Shown piece after piece: positions 37,929-46,980 of a stretch of 64,000 nt of DNA. The stretch lies in the IMG/VR virus record IMGVR_UViG_3300037067_006220, positions 1,873 through 65,872 of that record; one strand, written 5' to 3'. Under the pieces are notes generated by a model. The model had not been told where the DNA came from. It did no database searches and saw only the letters and a list, made by a program, of their open reading frames with translations. The first letter of the stretch is position 1, and the number at the start of each line of letters is the position of its first letter. The position numbers and the translations under genes were made by a program. This DNA comes from a virus (Duplodnaviria; Caudoviricetes).

Positions 37929-38744
37929 TTATGAAGCCTTTAACATCGCAGCTATTGAAGCTGGCCTAGCCCATAGGCGCTGAAATCTAGCCCAAGATTT
38001 ATCACGAAGACCGTTTTTATCACGGTATAGCATTGCCATAGGAAAGAAGCCTAACTTAGCTACCGCACGACACCGGGATTCAGCTTTTATTTGTGTGTCA
38101 CCTTTATATCCCATCAGCACGAACGCCCGAAGCGTAGTCCGTGTAAATCCAGCTTCAGTCAAAAGTTTCGATGCTGCTACAAGCGGCTCATATTTTTTAG
38201 GGGAGTCATAAGCAAAGAACATTTGTGCAGGTTTCAAATCGACTAATAAATCCACATGCCATGGCTTTAATAACGCTGCTTCAAACCCACCCGTAAATTG
38301 CACGGGATTAGTTTCTTGTTCAAGCATTTTAAATACTGCCCGTATATGTGACTCAGAACATGCTAGTAAGTTATCATCTAATACATTCCACCCATGGACT
38401 ATTGGCAATTCACGTGCCTTTTGACCTTCACGTTTCCACACGCTACAAAACCAGCAACGATTCGGGCACCCACGGGAAGTAATCGTGTAACCAGTCTTAA
38501 CATACATCCCCCGCTCAAAATTACCCCCTCGTTCTTCAAAGGCTGGACCACCGATTTTAACAGGTGCAATACGTTGCCATAATGTAGCTAATCGTTCAGC
38601 TTCAGGAATATCATAAGTAAATATAGTAGAAATATGGACTTCATCAACATCGGGTATTTTACCTTTTGGGGGTTCCCCCACAAATGACAAACTATCTACT
38701 GGAGTGGCTTTAGTTCGACTGGGAAATACCCTGATAATTTTCAT
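37929..38744 (-). CDS. radical SAM protein
   Basis: SRGCPNRCWFC (CxxxCxxC), DDNLL, FTGG; ATGA overlap with upstream gene. Confidence 0.9.
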   Translation of the reverse strand: MKIIRVFPSRTKATPVDSLSFVGEPPKGKIPDVDEVHISTIFTYDIPEAERLATLWQRIAPVKIGGPAFEERGGNFERGMYVKTGYTITSRGCPNRCWFCSVWKREGQKARELPIVHGWNVLDDNLLACSESHIRAVFKMLEQETNPVQFTGGFEAALLKPWHVDLLVDLKPAQMFFAYDSPKKYEPLVAASKLLTEAGFTRTTLRAFVLMGYKGDTQIKAESRCRAVAKLGFFPMAMLYRDKNGLRDKSWARFQRLWARPASIAAMLKAS

Positions 38745-39571
38745 AAGTCTACTTCCCATTCGCTTCCATTTTCCGTTCGATCCGGTACGCTATCATTGAT
38801 AACCAATCCATCAGCCAATTCAGGAATTTCAACAATATTTCCAATGGCACTACCAGGATCAATATCATTATCATTATCAATAATATCGTCGTTAGCTTCA
38901 ACTTCCTCAATAGCTTCAGTAATTTGTCTCGCACTACTATTCCTCCCATCACCAATACTCAATCGTTCGTTAAACCGATCCGTGATTTCGCCCATGATAG
39001 CATCAATTTTATTCAAGCTTCCGATGCTTACCGATTGCTGCCGATTATCTGTATTTACATCACCTTGCACGTTGACTACCTGTGTTTTGGGTATCGGCGC
39101 ATAGCCTTCGTGCTGCATGATCATTTTGCGGTCTTCCCATTGTTTAGGCTTGACGGCAAGTTTTATGGCTTTTTGTAATATGACCGGCTTGGCGGCTTTA
39201 CTTAATAATGCTGCTACTGCATCGGATTGCTCAAAACATGCTCCGGTAACTAATTCTAACACGCGCTTAGTGGATAAACCACTAGCGGCACAGAAGGCTT
39301 CAAAAGGCAGGAGTTTGCGTATAGAGATCCCCAATGAATCGTAAACCTGGAGCCATTTTTGGGCATCTGATTCATTGGAACCTCTAAGAAACTCAATTGC
39401 TTGATCCACTTTTCCCGGTAGGTTTCGCAATATATGTGTAATTTTTGGTAATCGGTTGCATTCATTTTCGGTAATGCCGAGTTTTTCATAAGCTTCCGCT
39501 ATACGTGTGGAATGACTTTTGCCGGGGATCGCTGGTATTTTGGGCCGAGTTCGTGTTGATATACGTGGCAC
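38741..39571 (-). CDS. putative terminase small subunit
   Basis: Position upstream of TerL; basic N-terminus, acidic C-terminus. Confidence 0.5.
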   Translation of the reverse strand: MPRISTRTRPKIPAIPGKSHSTRIAEAYEKLGITENECNRLPKITHILRNLPGKVDQAIEFLRGSNESDAQKWLQVYDSLGISIRKLLPFEAFCAASGLSTKRVLELVTGACFEQSDAVAALLSKAAKPVILQKAIKLAVKPKQWEDRKMIMQHEGYAPIPKTQVVNVQGDVNTDNRQQSVSIGSLNKIDAIMGEITDRFNERLSIGDGRNSSARQITEAIEEVEANDDIIDNDNDIDPGSAIGNIVEIPELADGLVINDSVPDRTENGSEWEVDL

Positions 39572-39573
39572 AA

Positions 39574-39831
39574 TTATTTAGCCTTTCGTACTTTAGATTT
39601 TCGCTTAGCTACTCTTGCGGCCATTAGGGTATTAATAAATGCACAAATCTCACCTAAACAGCCTATATCAAAACAGGTTTCTTCAGAAGGATAGAACACA
39701 TATTTCCGCCATGCCCCAAACCATTTAATAAGTCCAAGTGGACGGTGCATATCAAGTTTAGAATAGATCCTATAGATATCAGTAAGACCCGTTGATGAAA
39801 ATAACTCGAATTTTAAATATTCCCCTTGCAT
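39574..39831 (-). CDS. hypothetical phage protein (KWFGAWRKY motif)
   Basis: Packed ORF with SD. Confidence 0.7.
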   Translation of the reverse strand: MQGEYLKFELFSSTGLTDIYRIYSKLDMHRPLGLIKWFGAWRKYVFYPSEETCFDIGCLGEICAFINTLMAARVAKRKSKVRKAK

Positions 39832-39844
39832 GATAACTTCCCCC

Positions 39845-40102
39845 TTAAGTTTCCTCTATTCGGCTAATTAATCCAGCCTCGATATCGTCCTCGTAGCGTT
39901 TGTTTAATTCTTCCACGGTCGGTGTTTCAAGCTCCACAAGTTTGCGTGTTACAGCTTTTGCTTTAGGTTCTAATCGCCTATATTCAGGATGCTCCAGCCG
40001 TAAGCGTGATTCTGATAAATCGTTAGCACGTTTAAGTTCGAATGCGATGTGCTTTAAGTAAATTAATATACGCGGACTTGCAAATATCTTGGGCAGCTTC
40101 AT
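39845..40102 (-). CDS. hypothetical protein
   Basis: AGGTG SD. Confidence 0.65.
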   Translation of the reverse strand: MKLPKIFASPRILIYLKHIAFELKRANDLSESRLRLEHPEYRRLEPKAKAVTRKLVELETPTVEELNKRYEDDIEAGLISRIEET

Positions 40103-40267
40103 AATTCACCTGCTTTTTGGGACGGTGGCATGCTTAAAGCTATCGGCAATCTTGTAAGCATGTCTTGGACCACCGTCCCGCAGCAAGCAGCAGGCAGGAA
40201 AGTACAGCAGTCGGTATTGCGGTGGTTTGTTGCAGTCACTATTTACTCCGATTAATTATACTAAACG

Positions 40268-40795
40268 CTAAAATCTGAATGTCAATGCAAACGCCGGATT
40301 CACTTGCCATTGAGCTACTTTGTTTACTGGGTTTTCGGCATATTTCCATGTGCCAAAGACCGCTAATCCGACAATATCTTTGTATATGAATTTATGCACG
40401 CCACCGCCAGCTTTAAGCATGAGCGAGCTTATATCGTCGGTTTGCTGTAGACCCGGTTCGCCAAGGCCAAATAACGCATATCCTTTATACGTAAATAGCC
40501 GATAAAGCAATCCTGAGCTAAAGTCAGCTTGTAAATCTTTGTCACCGGCTATATGTATATTGCCCATACCCGCTGGAACCATGCCGATTGAAGTTTCAGT
40601 AATGTTATATGCACGGCTGGATTCATCACCGAGCTTAATTACTACTCCAGCGAGTCCTTTGACTTGCGAGCCGTCAAAATACCCACCGCCCGTGAAAGCG
40701 AATCGGTTGAAGTCGTGTGTTTGCGCGAATATCGGCAAACTTGTAAATGCAATAATCAAAGACAAAGCTGCAAAAATCATAATGATACGTTTCAT
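40268..40795 (-). CDS. exported beta-barrel-like outer-membrane protein
   Basis: Signal peptide ending IFA-Q; alternating hydrophobic strands; C-terminal FALTFRF beta-signal. Confidence 0.65.
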   Translation of the reverse strand: MKRIIMIFAALSLIIAFTSLPIFAQTHDFNRFAFTGGGYFDGSQVKGLAGVVIKLGDESSRAYNITETSIGMVPAGMGNIHIAGDKDLQADFSSGLLYRLFTYKGYALFGLGEPGLQQTDDISSLMLKAGGGVHKFIYKDIVGLAVFGTWKYAENPVNKVAQWQVNPAFALTFRF

Positions 40796-41061
40796 TTTAC
40801 ATCCCCCGTAGGTTGAGTTGTAATCGTTGTGGTATTGGTAGTGGTATTCGTACTTCCACCAGTACCATTTGTTATAAGTCCGATATTGCGGATCATATTA
40901 GAAAATACGTTATTGCCAAGCAATAATAGCAAACCACCAATTGCCCCGGTAGTAAACATGTCATGCCATGTGCTTATCGTTATCAGCCAGCCGCCGACCG
41001 TAATGCACATGCTCATAAGGAACAGTAAACGGTTTTTATTGTCTAACCATGTAGTAGTCAT
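40792..41061 (-). CDS. putative holin (2 TM)
   Basis: Two hydrophobic helices; adjacent to lysozyme. Confidence 0.55.
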   Translation of the reverse strand: MTTTWLDNKNRLLFLMSMCITVGGWLITISTWHDMFTTGAIGGLLLLLGNNVFSNMIRNIGLITNGTGGSTNTTTNTTTITTQPTGDVK

Positions 41062-41073
41062 AATGAGTACCTT

Positions 41074-41526
41074 TTAACCTTTCCATGTTCCAGTTCTAAA
41101 CATGTCGGCCAGTTCAATTGCACGGCTCGGTACTTGCTCAGCGTAAATACTGTTTAACAATTCACTTGATGCTGTAGTATAATCGTTTGCTTTTAAAGCT
41201 GCAAGCATTTTTTTGAACTTGCTTATACCGCCGATGCCGATGTTAAAGCATAAATCTACTAATGCAGCAAAGCGAATATCATCAAGTGTAATTTTTTGGC
41301 CGTGTAAATATAACTCTGTATTACTGCATGCTTCAGCAAAATCAATTTCAAAATACCATCGCGCTTGATCGGTTGTAATAATTTCAGGTATGTCTTCATT
41401 GTGGGCGGATAAATTATGACCCCATCCAATAGTTTGAAATCCACGAGAGTCTGCATAAGGAGTCAAACGTAATCCTTCATGGCGTTGAAGTATTGACCGC
41501 AATTTAGCCATATTTTCAGGAGTCAT
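41074..41526 (-). CDS. lysozyme (GH24, T4-like) endolysin
   Basis: HEGLRLTPYAD...TIGWGH catalytic E/D/T motif. Confidence 0.93.
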   Translation of the reverse strand: MTPENMAKLRSILQRHEGLRLTPYADSRGFQTIGWGHNLSAHNEDIPEIITTDQARWYFEIDFAEACSNTELYLHGQKITLDDIRFAALVDLCFNIGIGGISKFKKMLAALKANDYTTASSELLNSIYAEQVPSRAIELADMFRTGTWKG

Positions 41527-41537
41527 AGCTTATTACC

Positions 41538-41861
41538 TTATCCGCCATATTCCGTTGGTCGCTTACCGCCGTTTTTGACCATTTCATATACACGCACATC
41601 AAGCGTATTTATAGTAACCGCGAATTGCTTAAGTGTTGTGTCGATGCTTTTTAAAGTAGCCGCGTGTTCTAGACATGCTTTATGCGGGGTCAAGTCGCTT
41701 GTATGGTTCGATAACGCGACTTCTACTTTGGCTATGCTATCATGGTCTGATTCCTGCTTTTGCTCCATGGTAGATTGACTCTTGCCGGATTTATGAAATA
41801 CCATAATTACCATACCGGCTATCATCAGCGCGTTCAGCACAACAGTAATCCAATCGGACAT
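41538..41861 (-). CDS. single-TM coiled-coil protein (holin/antiholin-like)
   Basis: N-terminal TM upstream of lysozyme. Confidence 0.55.
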   Translation of the reverse strand: MSDWITVVLNALMIAGMVIMVFHKSGKSQSTMEQKQESDHDSIAKVEVALSNHTSDLTPHKACLEHAATLKSIDTTLKQFAVTINTLDVRVYEMVKNGGKRPTEYGG

Positions 41862-41874
41862 GGGGAGCCTCGTT

Positions 41875-42192
41875 TCAAGAAGGAGTGGGAAATTGAATCA
41901 ACTTGTCTTTTTGATTTTCGGCATCCCCGTTGTCATCCCCCTCACTATTCGCCCCGGTATCTTGTATATGCTTATCCATATTTCCTACTACATACACGCC
42001 GCAATGATTTTGCACAATAGGCATGCTGATGATTACTTGCAATACTACTTGCGGAGGCACATTTTGCTGACCAGGGATGATCATTTTGGAATCAATAATG
42101 TTTACTATTTCCGCAGCAAACATCCCATTCATCGGCACATGCACTAGCTGCCCCACGTGTATATTGCGTCCTGTTTGATCCATCGGCGGCAT
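41875..42192 (-). CDS. hypothetical protein
   Basis: ATG ORF with SD. Confidence 0.6.
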   Translation of the reverse strand: MPPMDQTGRNIHVGQLVHVPMNGMFAAEIVNIIDSKMIIPGQQNVPPQVVLQVIISMPIVQNHCGVYVVGNMDKHIQDTGANSEGDDNGDAENQKDKLIQFPTPS

Positions 42193-42230
42193 AATATATT
42201 ACCTATCCTTCCCCTTTGACGTTTAGATAT

Positions 42231-42425
42231 TTAAATATTCATGTCTTGCATGAGCATAATCAAATCATCCTGTGCAAGCTTAATATCTACAACCCGCACG
42301 TACAGCACTTGAGCTTTACGGCATTTGTGGCATCCACATAAACTACCATGGGTATTAGATGGCTGTATTTTAGCGGTATGTTTCGGCCAAAATCGCATAT
42401 GTATATCAGCTATGGTAATATTCAT
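42231..42425 (-). CDS. hypothetical protein (CGCHKC)
   Basis: Packed ORF. Confidence 0.5.
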   Translation of the reverse strand: MNITIADIHMRFWPKHTAKIQPSNTHGSLCGCHKCRKAQVLYVRVVDIKLAQDDLIMLMQDMNI

Positions 42426-42427
42426 GC

Positions 42428-42913
42428 TTACAAATCCACTTCCATCGCCGTGAGTTCTTTATCGACAGTGCCATTATCGGGATTTACATCGGCTTCGGTT
42501 AAACCGGCTGACTCAGCAGTGTAATTAAGTTCTTGGGTTTTTTGTTTACCGTCTGAAGGGTCGATGGCGATTTTGTTAATCGGAAGTTTGTGCTTCAAGC
42601 GTTCAAGATTGGGGTTGTCGATTTTGCGTGTACGCTGACGACCAAGCTTTACTGCTTCTTCGGTTACATTTTTGACGGGTGCTGTTACGATTTGCGGATG
42701 AGCTTTGGTGGGTTGAGGGCGGATATTGATTACATGCTCTGGATATGCTGGATTATCCAGCAATAGTTTTACTGTAATCACGGTACTTACTCTACCATAG
42801 CTCATGTACTCTTTAAGCATGCCATCCATAGACAGCATGCGTGCAATATCGGCTTGAATAATTTGCTGCAATTCGGTGCCGTTCAGCGGTTTGTTCGGTA
42901 TTGTTTCAGCCAT
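42428..42913 (-). CDS. hypothetical protein
   Basis: GGGGA SD. Confidence 0.7.
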   Translation of the reverse strand: MAETIPNKPLNGTELQQIIQADIARMLSMDGMLKEYMSYGRVSTVITVKLLLDNPAYPEHVINIRPQPTKAHPQIVTAPVKNVTEEAVKLGRQRTRKIDNPNLERLKHKLPINKIAIDPSDGKQKTQELNYTAESAGLTEADVNPDNGTVDKELTAMEVDL

Positions 42914-42957
42914 AAATTCACATCCCCTTGTGGTAAGAAATATTTGTCATTTGCAAT

Positions 42958-43194
42958 TTACTTTTTTCGCAATGCGTTCACTTCTTCAAGAAACTCTTCA
43001 TCCGTCAACCACGGATAGTCTAATTGATACTTAGCTATAATAGCCCATGTTATGCCATGACGTAAAGCTACTTTTATTCGGTCAGCATGAACGAACTTAA
43101 CAGTATCTACAGGTATGTGTAATAATTCCCCTCTACTCCACTTCTGCCTCAGCCTAAACTTTACCCCACACTCCCACACCGCCCAACGCTTCAT
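42958..43194 (-). CDS. hypothetical protein (start uncertain; ORF extends to 43317)
   Basis: Overlaps upstream HTH gene. Confidence 0.45.
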   Translation of the reverse strand: MKRWAVWECGVKFRLRQKWSRGELLHIPVDTVKFVHADRIKVALRHGITWAIIAKYQLDYPWLTDEEFLEEVNALRKK

Positions 43195-43546
43195 AATCCG
43201 CTTTTCGTCTAGGGACGACTTTCGAGCTTCGGTAGCCGAGTGCTTGTTTTGTGTGTTTGTAGCCGCCATACTTTTCATATACTTTGACTTCCTTCCCCCA
43301 AGGATATTTAGAACCAAAGCGTTTTACAAGATAATGATAATGCACTAATTCTTCATCGAATGCATGCTCCATAAGACGTATGCGCCGAATAGTTCTTACA
43401 TTAGGTTCTAATTCACCTTTTTCAAGCCTTCTAAGCGTTACGTTCGGTACTCCTAGCACACGGGCGAATTTATTAGGCAAATATCGTATGGCGATACGAA
43501 GTTGGAATATGCGGACTTTCCAGGGTATGAGTATTTTGTCGTCCAT
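43154..43546 (-). CDS. XRE-like HTH protein
   Basis: FARVLGVPNVTLRRLEKGELEP. Confidence 0.65.
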   Translation of the reverse strand: MDDKILIPWKVRIFQLRIAIRYLPNKFARVLGVPNVTLRRLEKGELEPNVRTIRRIRLMEHAFDEELVHYHYLVKRFGSKYPWGKEVKVYEKYGGYKHTKQALGYRSSKVVPRRKADYEALGGVGVWGKV

Positions 43547-43561
43547 AAATATCAACGTACT

Positions 43562-43822
43562 TTAAATATTACCCTTACCCATACGCACACTTGGCGGATA
43601 TACAGACGGTCGTTGTGGCTGAAGCGGCTGATTGAACGTCAACTGACACAACCATAAATTTCCATGTATAAATATTTGCCACCGCTCAACCCATGTGAGT
43701 TTCCAACGACTAAGTACTGTACCGTCGTCGCATTTCACGGCTGGTAAAGGAAGATATTCGGGCTGATCTTTAGCAAAAATAACTTCTGGCACTCCAGCAA
43801 TGACTGGCGAGATTGGTTTCAT
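43562..43822 (-). CDS. conserved-looking hypothetical phage protein
   Basis: AKDQPEYLPLPA...W.LT..ER motif. Confidence 0.7.
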   Translation of the reverse strand: MKPISPVIAGVPEVIFAKDQPEYLPLPAVKCDDGTVLSRWKLTWVERWQIFIHGNLWLCQLTFNQPLQPQRPSVYPPSVRMGKGNI

Positions 43823-43826
43823 ATAG

Positions 43827-44189
43827 CTATCCCTTCATCCTCACGCTTGGCGGAGGCTCGATACCGGACCTATTAACACGTTCTACTTCTATGTGAGTTT
43901 GTATTTTGACTCTTGCACGTTTGCGTGCTTTGACTTTTGCAGGTGCTATAAGTTTGCCGCTTCGTGGACGGTCATAATATGCACTATGGCACTTGCTACA
44001 GCTTTTTGGTACATCGCCTGCTACCTTAGTCCTCCACTCATGTCCGCAACGCATGCAGCGAAATTCATACCCGTTATCGGGATGCACATAATCCTTATGA
44101 TGCGTTCGCTTGCATACTTCACAATTTATTAATTCATCTGGCTGCATAATAATTTCACACTTAAATATTTTCAGTGGGCATGGACTCAC
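43827..44189 (-). CDS. multi-CxxC Zn-finger protein
   Basis: CEVC, CMRCGHEW, CSKCHS. Confidence 0.7.
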   Translation of the reverse strand: MSPCPLKIFKCEIIMQPDELINCEVCKRTHHKDYVHPDNGYEFRCMRCGHEWRTKVAGDVPKSCSKCHSAYYDRPRSGKLIAPAKVKARKRARVKIQTHIEVERVNRSGIEPPPSVRMKG

Positions 44190-44275
44190 TCTACCCCCCG
44201 GTTGAGAAAGCCGAGCTTAAGTAAAGCAACCGACTTTCATATGAATCCATACCCACTGTTCCGCACATGCTACAT

Positions 44276-44305
44276 ACACTAACACATCCACTTATTTATT
44301 GTCAA
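44276..44305 (-). promoter_or_regulatory. sigma70-like promoter TTGACA-N18-TAGTGT with extended TG
   Basis: Read on minus strand. Confidence 0.55.
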
Positions 44306-44723
44306 GCTCTTTATTAAAGCTCAACCTGATTACTTCATCATCGGCATTTATATTAAAGCTAACTGACTGATTATCGGCTACCTTATTATTCGTCGGCGCA
44401 ACTGGCTTAACCGGCACCGTGAACGCTACTATATTGCTGCCATTGCTGTATTCACGTATGTTATCCGGTGCACCATCATTATATGCAAAGCACTGTGCCT
44501 GACGATTGCCAGAAGTAATATTAAGTACCGTGCATGTTTTAGCTGCCGCCGCACCACAGTCATAAGTTTGTATGACCATATTGCTCATGTCCATAATTCG
44601 CATTTCAAACCCAGTCGGCATGGGCGTACCATAATCCCATATGAATGGCACATCAGCTGCATGGCTACATGCTACAAAACAAGCAATGAGTAATATCGGC
44701 AATAACCAGATAAGTTTCTTCAT
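44292..44723 (-). CDS. exported fibronectin type III-like protein (possible lipoprotein)
   Basis: Signal peptide with LIAC; W...GF...FAYN...S..SN FN3 pattern. Confidence 0.65.
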   Translation of the reverse strand: MKKLIWLLPILLIACFVACSHAADVPFIWDYGTPMPTGFEMRIMDMSNMVIQTYDCGAAAAKTCTVLNITSGNRQAQCFAYNDGAPDNIREYSNGSNIVAFTVPVKPVAPTNNKVADNQSVSFNINADDEVIRLSFNKELDNK

Positions 44724-44749
44724 AAATTCATCCTTTCGTGTTAGCGGGC

Positions 44750-44778
44750 ATATTAGCTTATGTGTATGTGTTTGTCAA
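44750..44778 (-). promoter_or_regulatory. sigma70-like promoter TTGACA-N17-TAATAT
   Basis: Near-consensus; heads the leftward block. Confidence 0.7.
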
Positions 44779-44784
44779 GCTATT

Positions 44785-44980
44785 TATAGGATATTGCATT
44801 AGTGTATTTTAGTATTTATTTTTTTTAATGGTCATGGGGGAAATCAAGCTCTTGCATTCAGCTTAAAGCTATTTGCGACAACTCGACTACTAGCTAGGAC
44901 AATAGACTAATACATACACATACAAGCATATAGCATATATAGGATATTGCATAGGCTTATGTAGGTATAGGATATTGCAT
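44785..44980. repeat. three exact copies of TATAGGATATTGCAT (44785, 44938, 44966)
   Basis: Read directly. Confidence 0.85.
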
Positions 44981-45276
44981 ATGTAGTTAGATGCTAATAT
45001 ATAATGATGTAGTTGATAATGTAAGCATTTGCCGACTTATGTAAACTAGATAATATATTTGTGTATGTGTAAGTGTATATATTGCAATGGTTTACAGCAA
45101 TAGTGTAAAATATCCCGACAGTAGGTGTAAAATGTAAAGTGTTGATAATAAAGCAGTTATGGGCTAGGTGTCGGTAGAGTTTACATTATCATAAAGTGTT
45201 CAATATCGGACACTTATATGTAAGTGTATGTAGTAGCTGAGGTTAGATGCTAACAGACTAAAGTATATAAATTGGT

Positions 45277-45555
45277 ATGAAAGTTGCATACATATATGGT
45301 ACTATGACAAACCAAAACAGAGTAAAAAAAGACAATAACATAGATAATGAATTTGAACCTGTATCTGCTAATGGATTCCATCCACTAAGCGGATTGCTTA
45401 ATAATGGCAGTGCGCCTACCTGTCCATCATGTAAGCATAAGAACGCTATGCTGTATGACAGAACTCACAATTATGAGTTAGTAGAATCTGTATATAAATG
45501 TAGAGATTGCGGGTTCTTAGTCATATATGATATCCATGGAAATAGAGTAGGCTAA
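45277..45555 (+). CDS. Zn-ribbon protein
   Basis: CPSC...CRDCG. Confidence 0.6.
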   Translation: MKVAYIYGTMTNQNRVKKDNNIDNEFEPVSANGFHPLSGLLNNGSAPTCPSCKHKNAMLYDRTHNYELVESVYKCRDCGFLVIYDIHGNRVG

Positions 45556-45556
45556 C

Positions 45557-45793
45557 ATGTTAACTAACGCATACGCTACTCAGCCTACAAACCGACCAAA
45601 CCACAAGCCCCAGCCATTACCACAAGCTATAGCCGGTTATGCGGTTTATCAACGTATCGGCTATAGCGCCCGGCGTGTTATGACTTACCACGGCTACGAT
45701 GCTAAAGGCATGGCGGACAGGCTTGTGATTACGCTCAATCAGCACAATTGCCTACCTGGATATCATGCATTTTGTGAGGCGATATATGAATGA
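45557..45793 (+). CDS. hypothetical protein
   Basis: ATG ORF. Confidence 0.5.
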   Translation: MLTNAYATQPTNRPNHKPQPLPQAIAGYAVYQRIGYSARRVMTYHGYDAKGMADRLVITLNQHNCLPGYHAFCEAIYE

Positions 45794-45796
45794 TCT

Positions 45797-45893
45797 ATGT
45801 AACTTATAAGCATGTAACTTATAACATACAGTGTCACTTATAAGAGTGTAATTTATACCTGACAAATGTAACTTATAAGAGTGTAATTTATAA
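45797..45893. repeat. six copies of RTGTMAYTTATA(A) at 45797, 45812, 45831, 45846, 45866, 45881
   Basis: Read directly; three pairs, 15 nt apart within each pair. Confidence 0.85.
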
Positions 45894-46070
45894 ATGACAT
45901 TGACAAGTATAAATACCCTTGCATATGTGTCCTTTATAAATTACATGGTCTGTTAAAGGTTACTGTACAAAAAATTGACAGTTAACTGTAAACTTTATTG
46001 ACAGTTACTAATTACCATAACTCAGCCAGCTATATGACGATATTATATAATAAAATAGTTGCTTTAGTAG

Positions 46071-46099
46071 TTGACTTATGGTAATTATAAGGCTATATT
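46071..46099 (+). promoter_or_regulatory. sigma70-like promoter TTGACT-N17-TATATT
   Basis: Near-consensus, upstream of early genes. Confidence 0.7.
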
Positions 46100-46142
46100 T
46101 AACGTATTAGCTTACTAATGTAGTATTTTGAAAGGTTGGGTT

Positions 46143-46376
46143 ATGCAAACCGAAAACAAACTAAAATATATCCTGGATAGCTGGATAGTCACGAATACGT
46201 GCGATGCACCACTATATTATAGTGCTACTGGATATGGTAGTAAAATCCCGACTGATTATACAGTATTTGATGGCAAACGTAATCGTCGGGTGTATGCAAT
46301 ATGTTATAGCAATTGCGCGTCTCATTACGTGCTTGTAAAAGGCGAACAGTTGTTTATACAGGATTATCGATTTTAG
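46143..46376 (+). CDS. early hypothetical phage protein (ATGYGSKIPT motif)
   Basis: GAAAGG SD. Confidence 0.7.
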   Translation: MQTENKLKYILDSWIVTNTCDAPLYYSATGYGSKIPTDYTVFDGKRNRRVYAICYSNCASHYVLVKGEQLFIQDYRF

Positions 46377-46422
46377 TAATATCTTGCAACTAACTTTAAC
46401 TTGCTTATGGAGGAATAGCATT

Positions 46423-46980
46423 ATGCAAACCCAGAATGATATGCAAGCACAAGGTATTGATTACGGTAATGGTCTGACGAATATTGATAAATCAACCGGT
46501 ATAAGGTTCGGTGTTATCAATGCTAATGAATTAGCATACTGGTATGATGAAAGCGAAGCGGACTATGGTAAGCCCAGCTGTCCGGAATGCGGCAACGAAG
46601 TTAAGACCGCAAAGGGAGAGTATTGCAGATATAAACATGCAAAATATGAGTGTGATGATTTTGTCTGCCATACTTGCAAGTATGTATTCGGAAGCGAATC
46701 CGCATATGCCGAAAGCCCAATAGCCAATACGTATGATAAGGATGGCTATATAGCTAGTCAATCCAGCGACGATTGCGATATTTTTGTTATTAAAAGCCTG
46801 TATTATACACGTGCTAAATTTTGCAGTCCGTGTGCGCCAGGAGCTTGTTATTTAATGGATGCATGTGATCATGGCGCTAAAGCTTATTGCTTTGGACATG
46901 ATTGGTTTGAAAATAACATAGCACCCTACCCAGTCTATAGTATTGAAACCGATGAATTGATTGAACCTGGAAAGGATTAA
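46423..46980 (+). CDS. Cys-rich early protein
   Basis: GGAGGA SD; CPEC, CHTC, CSPC. Confidence 0.75.
   Translation: MQTQNDMQAQGIDYGNGLTNIDKSTGIRFGVINANELAYWYDESEADYGKPSCPECGNEVKTAKGEYCRYKHAKYECDDFVCHTCKYVFGSESAYAESPIANTYDKDGYIASQSSDDCDIFVIKSLYYTRAKFCSPCAPGACYLMDACDHGAKAYCFGHDWFENNIAPYPVYSIETDELIEPGKD

Noticed and set aside
40099-40239. GTG-started 46-aa ORF with two CC pairs
   Set aside because: Has an SD and couples to the next gene, but no recognisable motif, and a competing frame looks equally open; unsupported
44785-45893. Repeat clusters as a CRISPR mini-array
   Set aside because: Repeats are 13-15 nt with irregular or too-short spacing; no unique spacers of constant length and no cas operon
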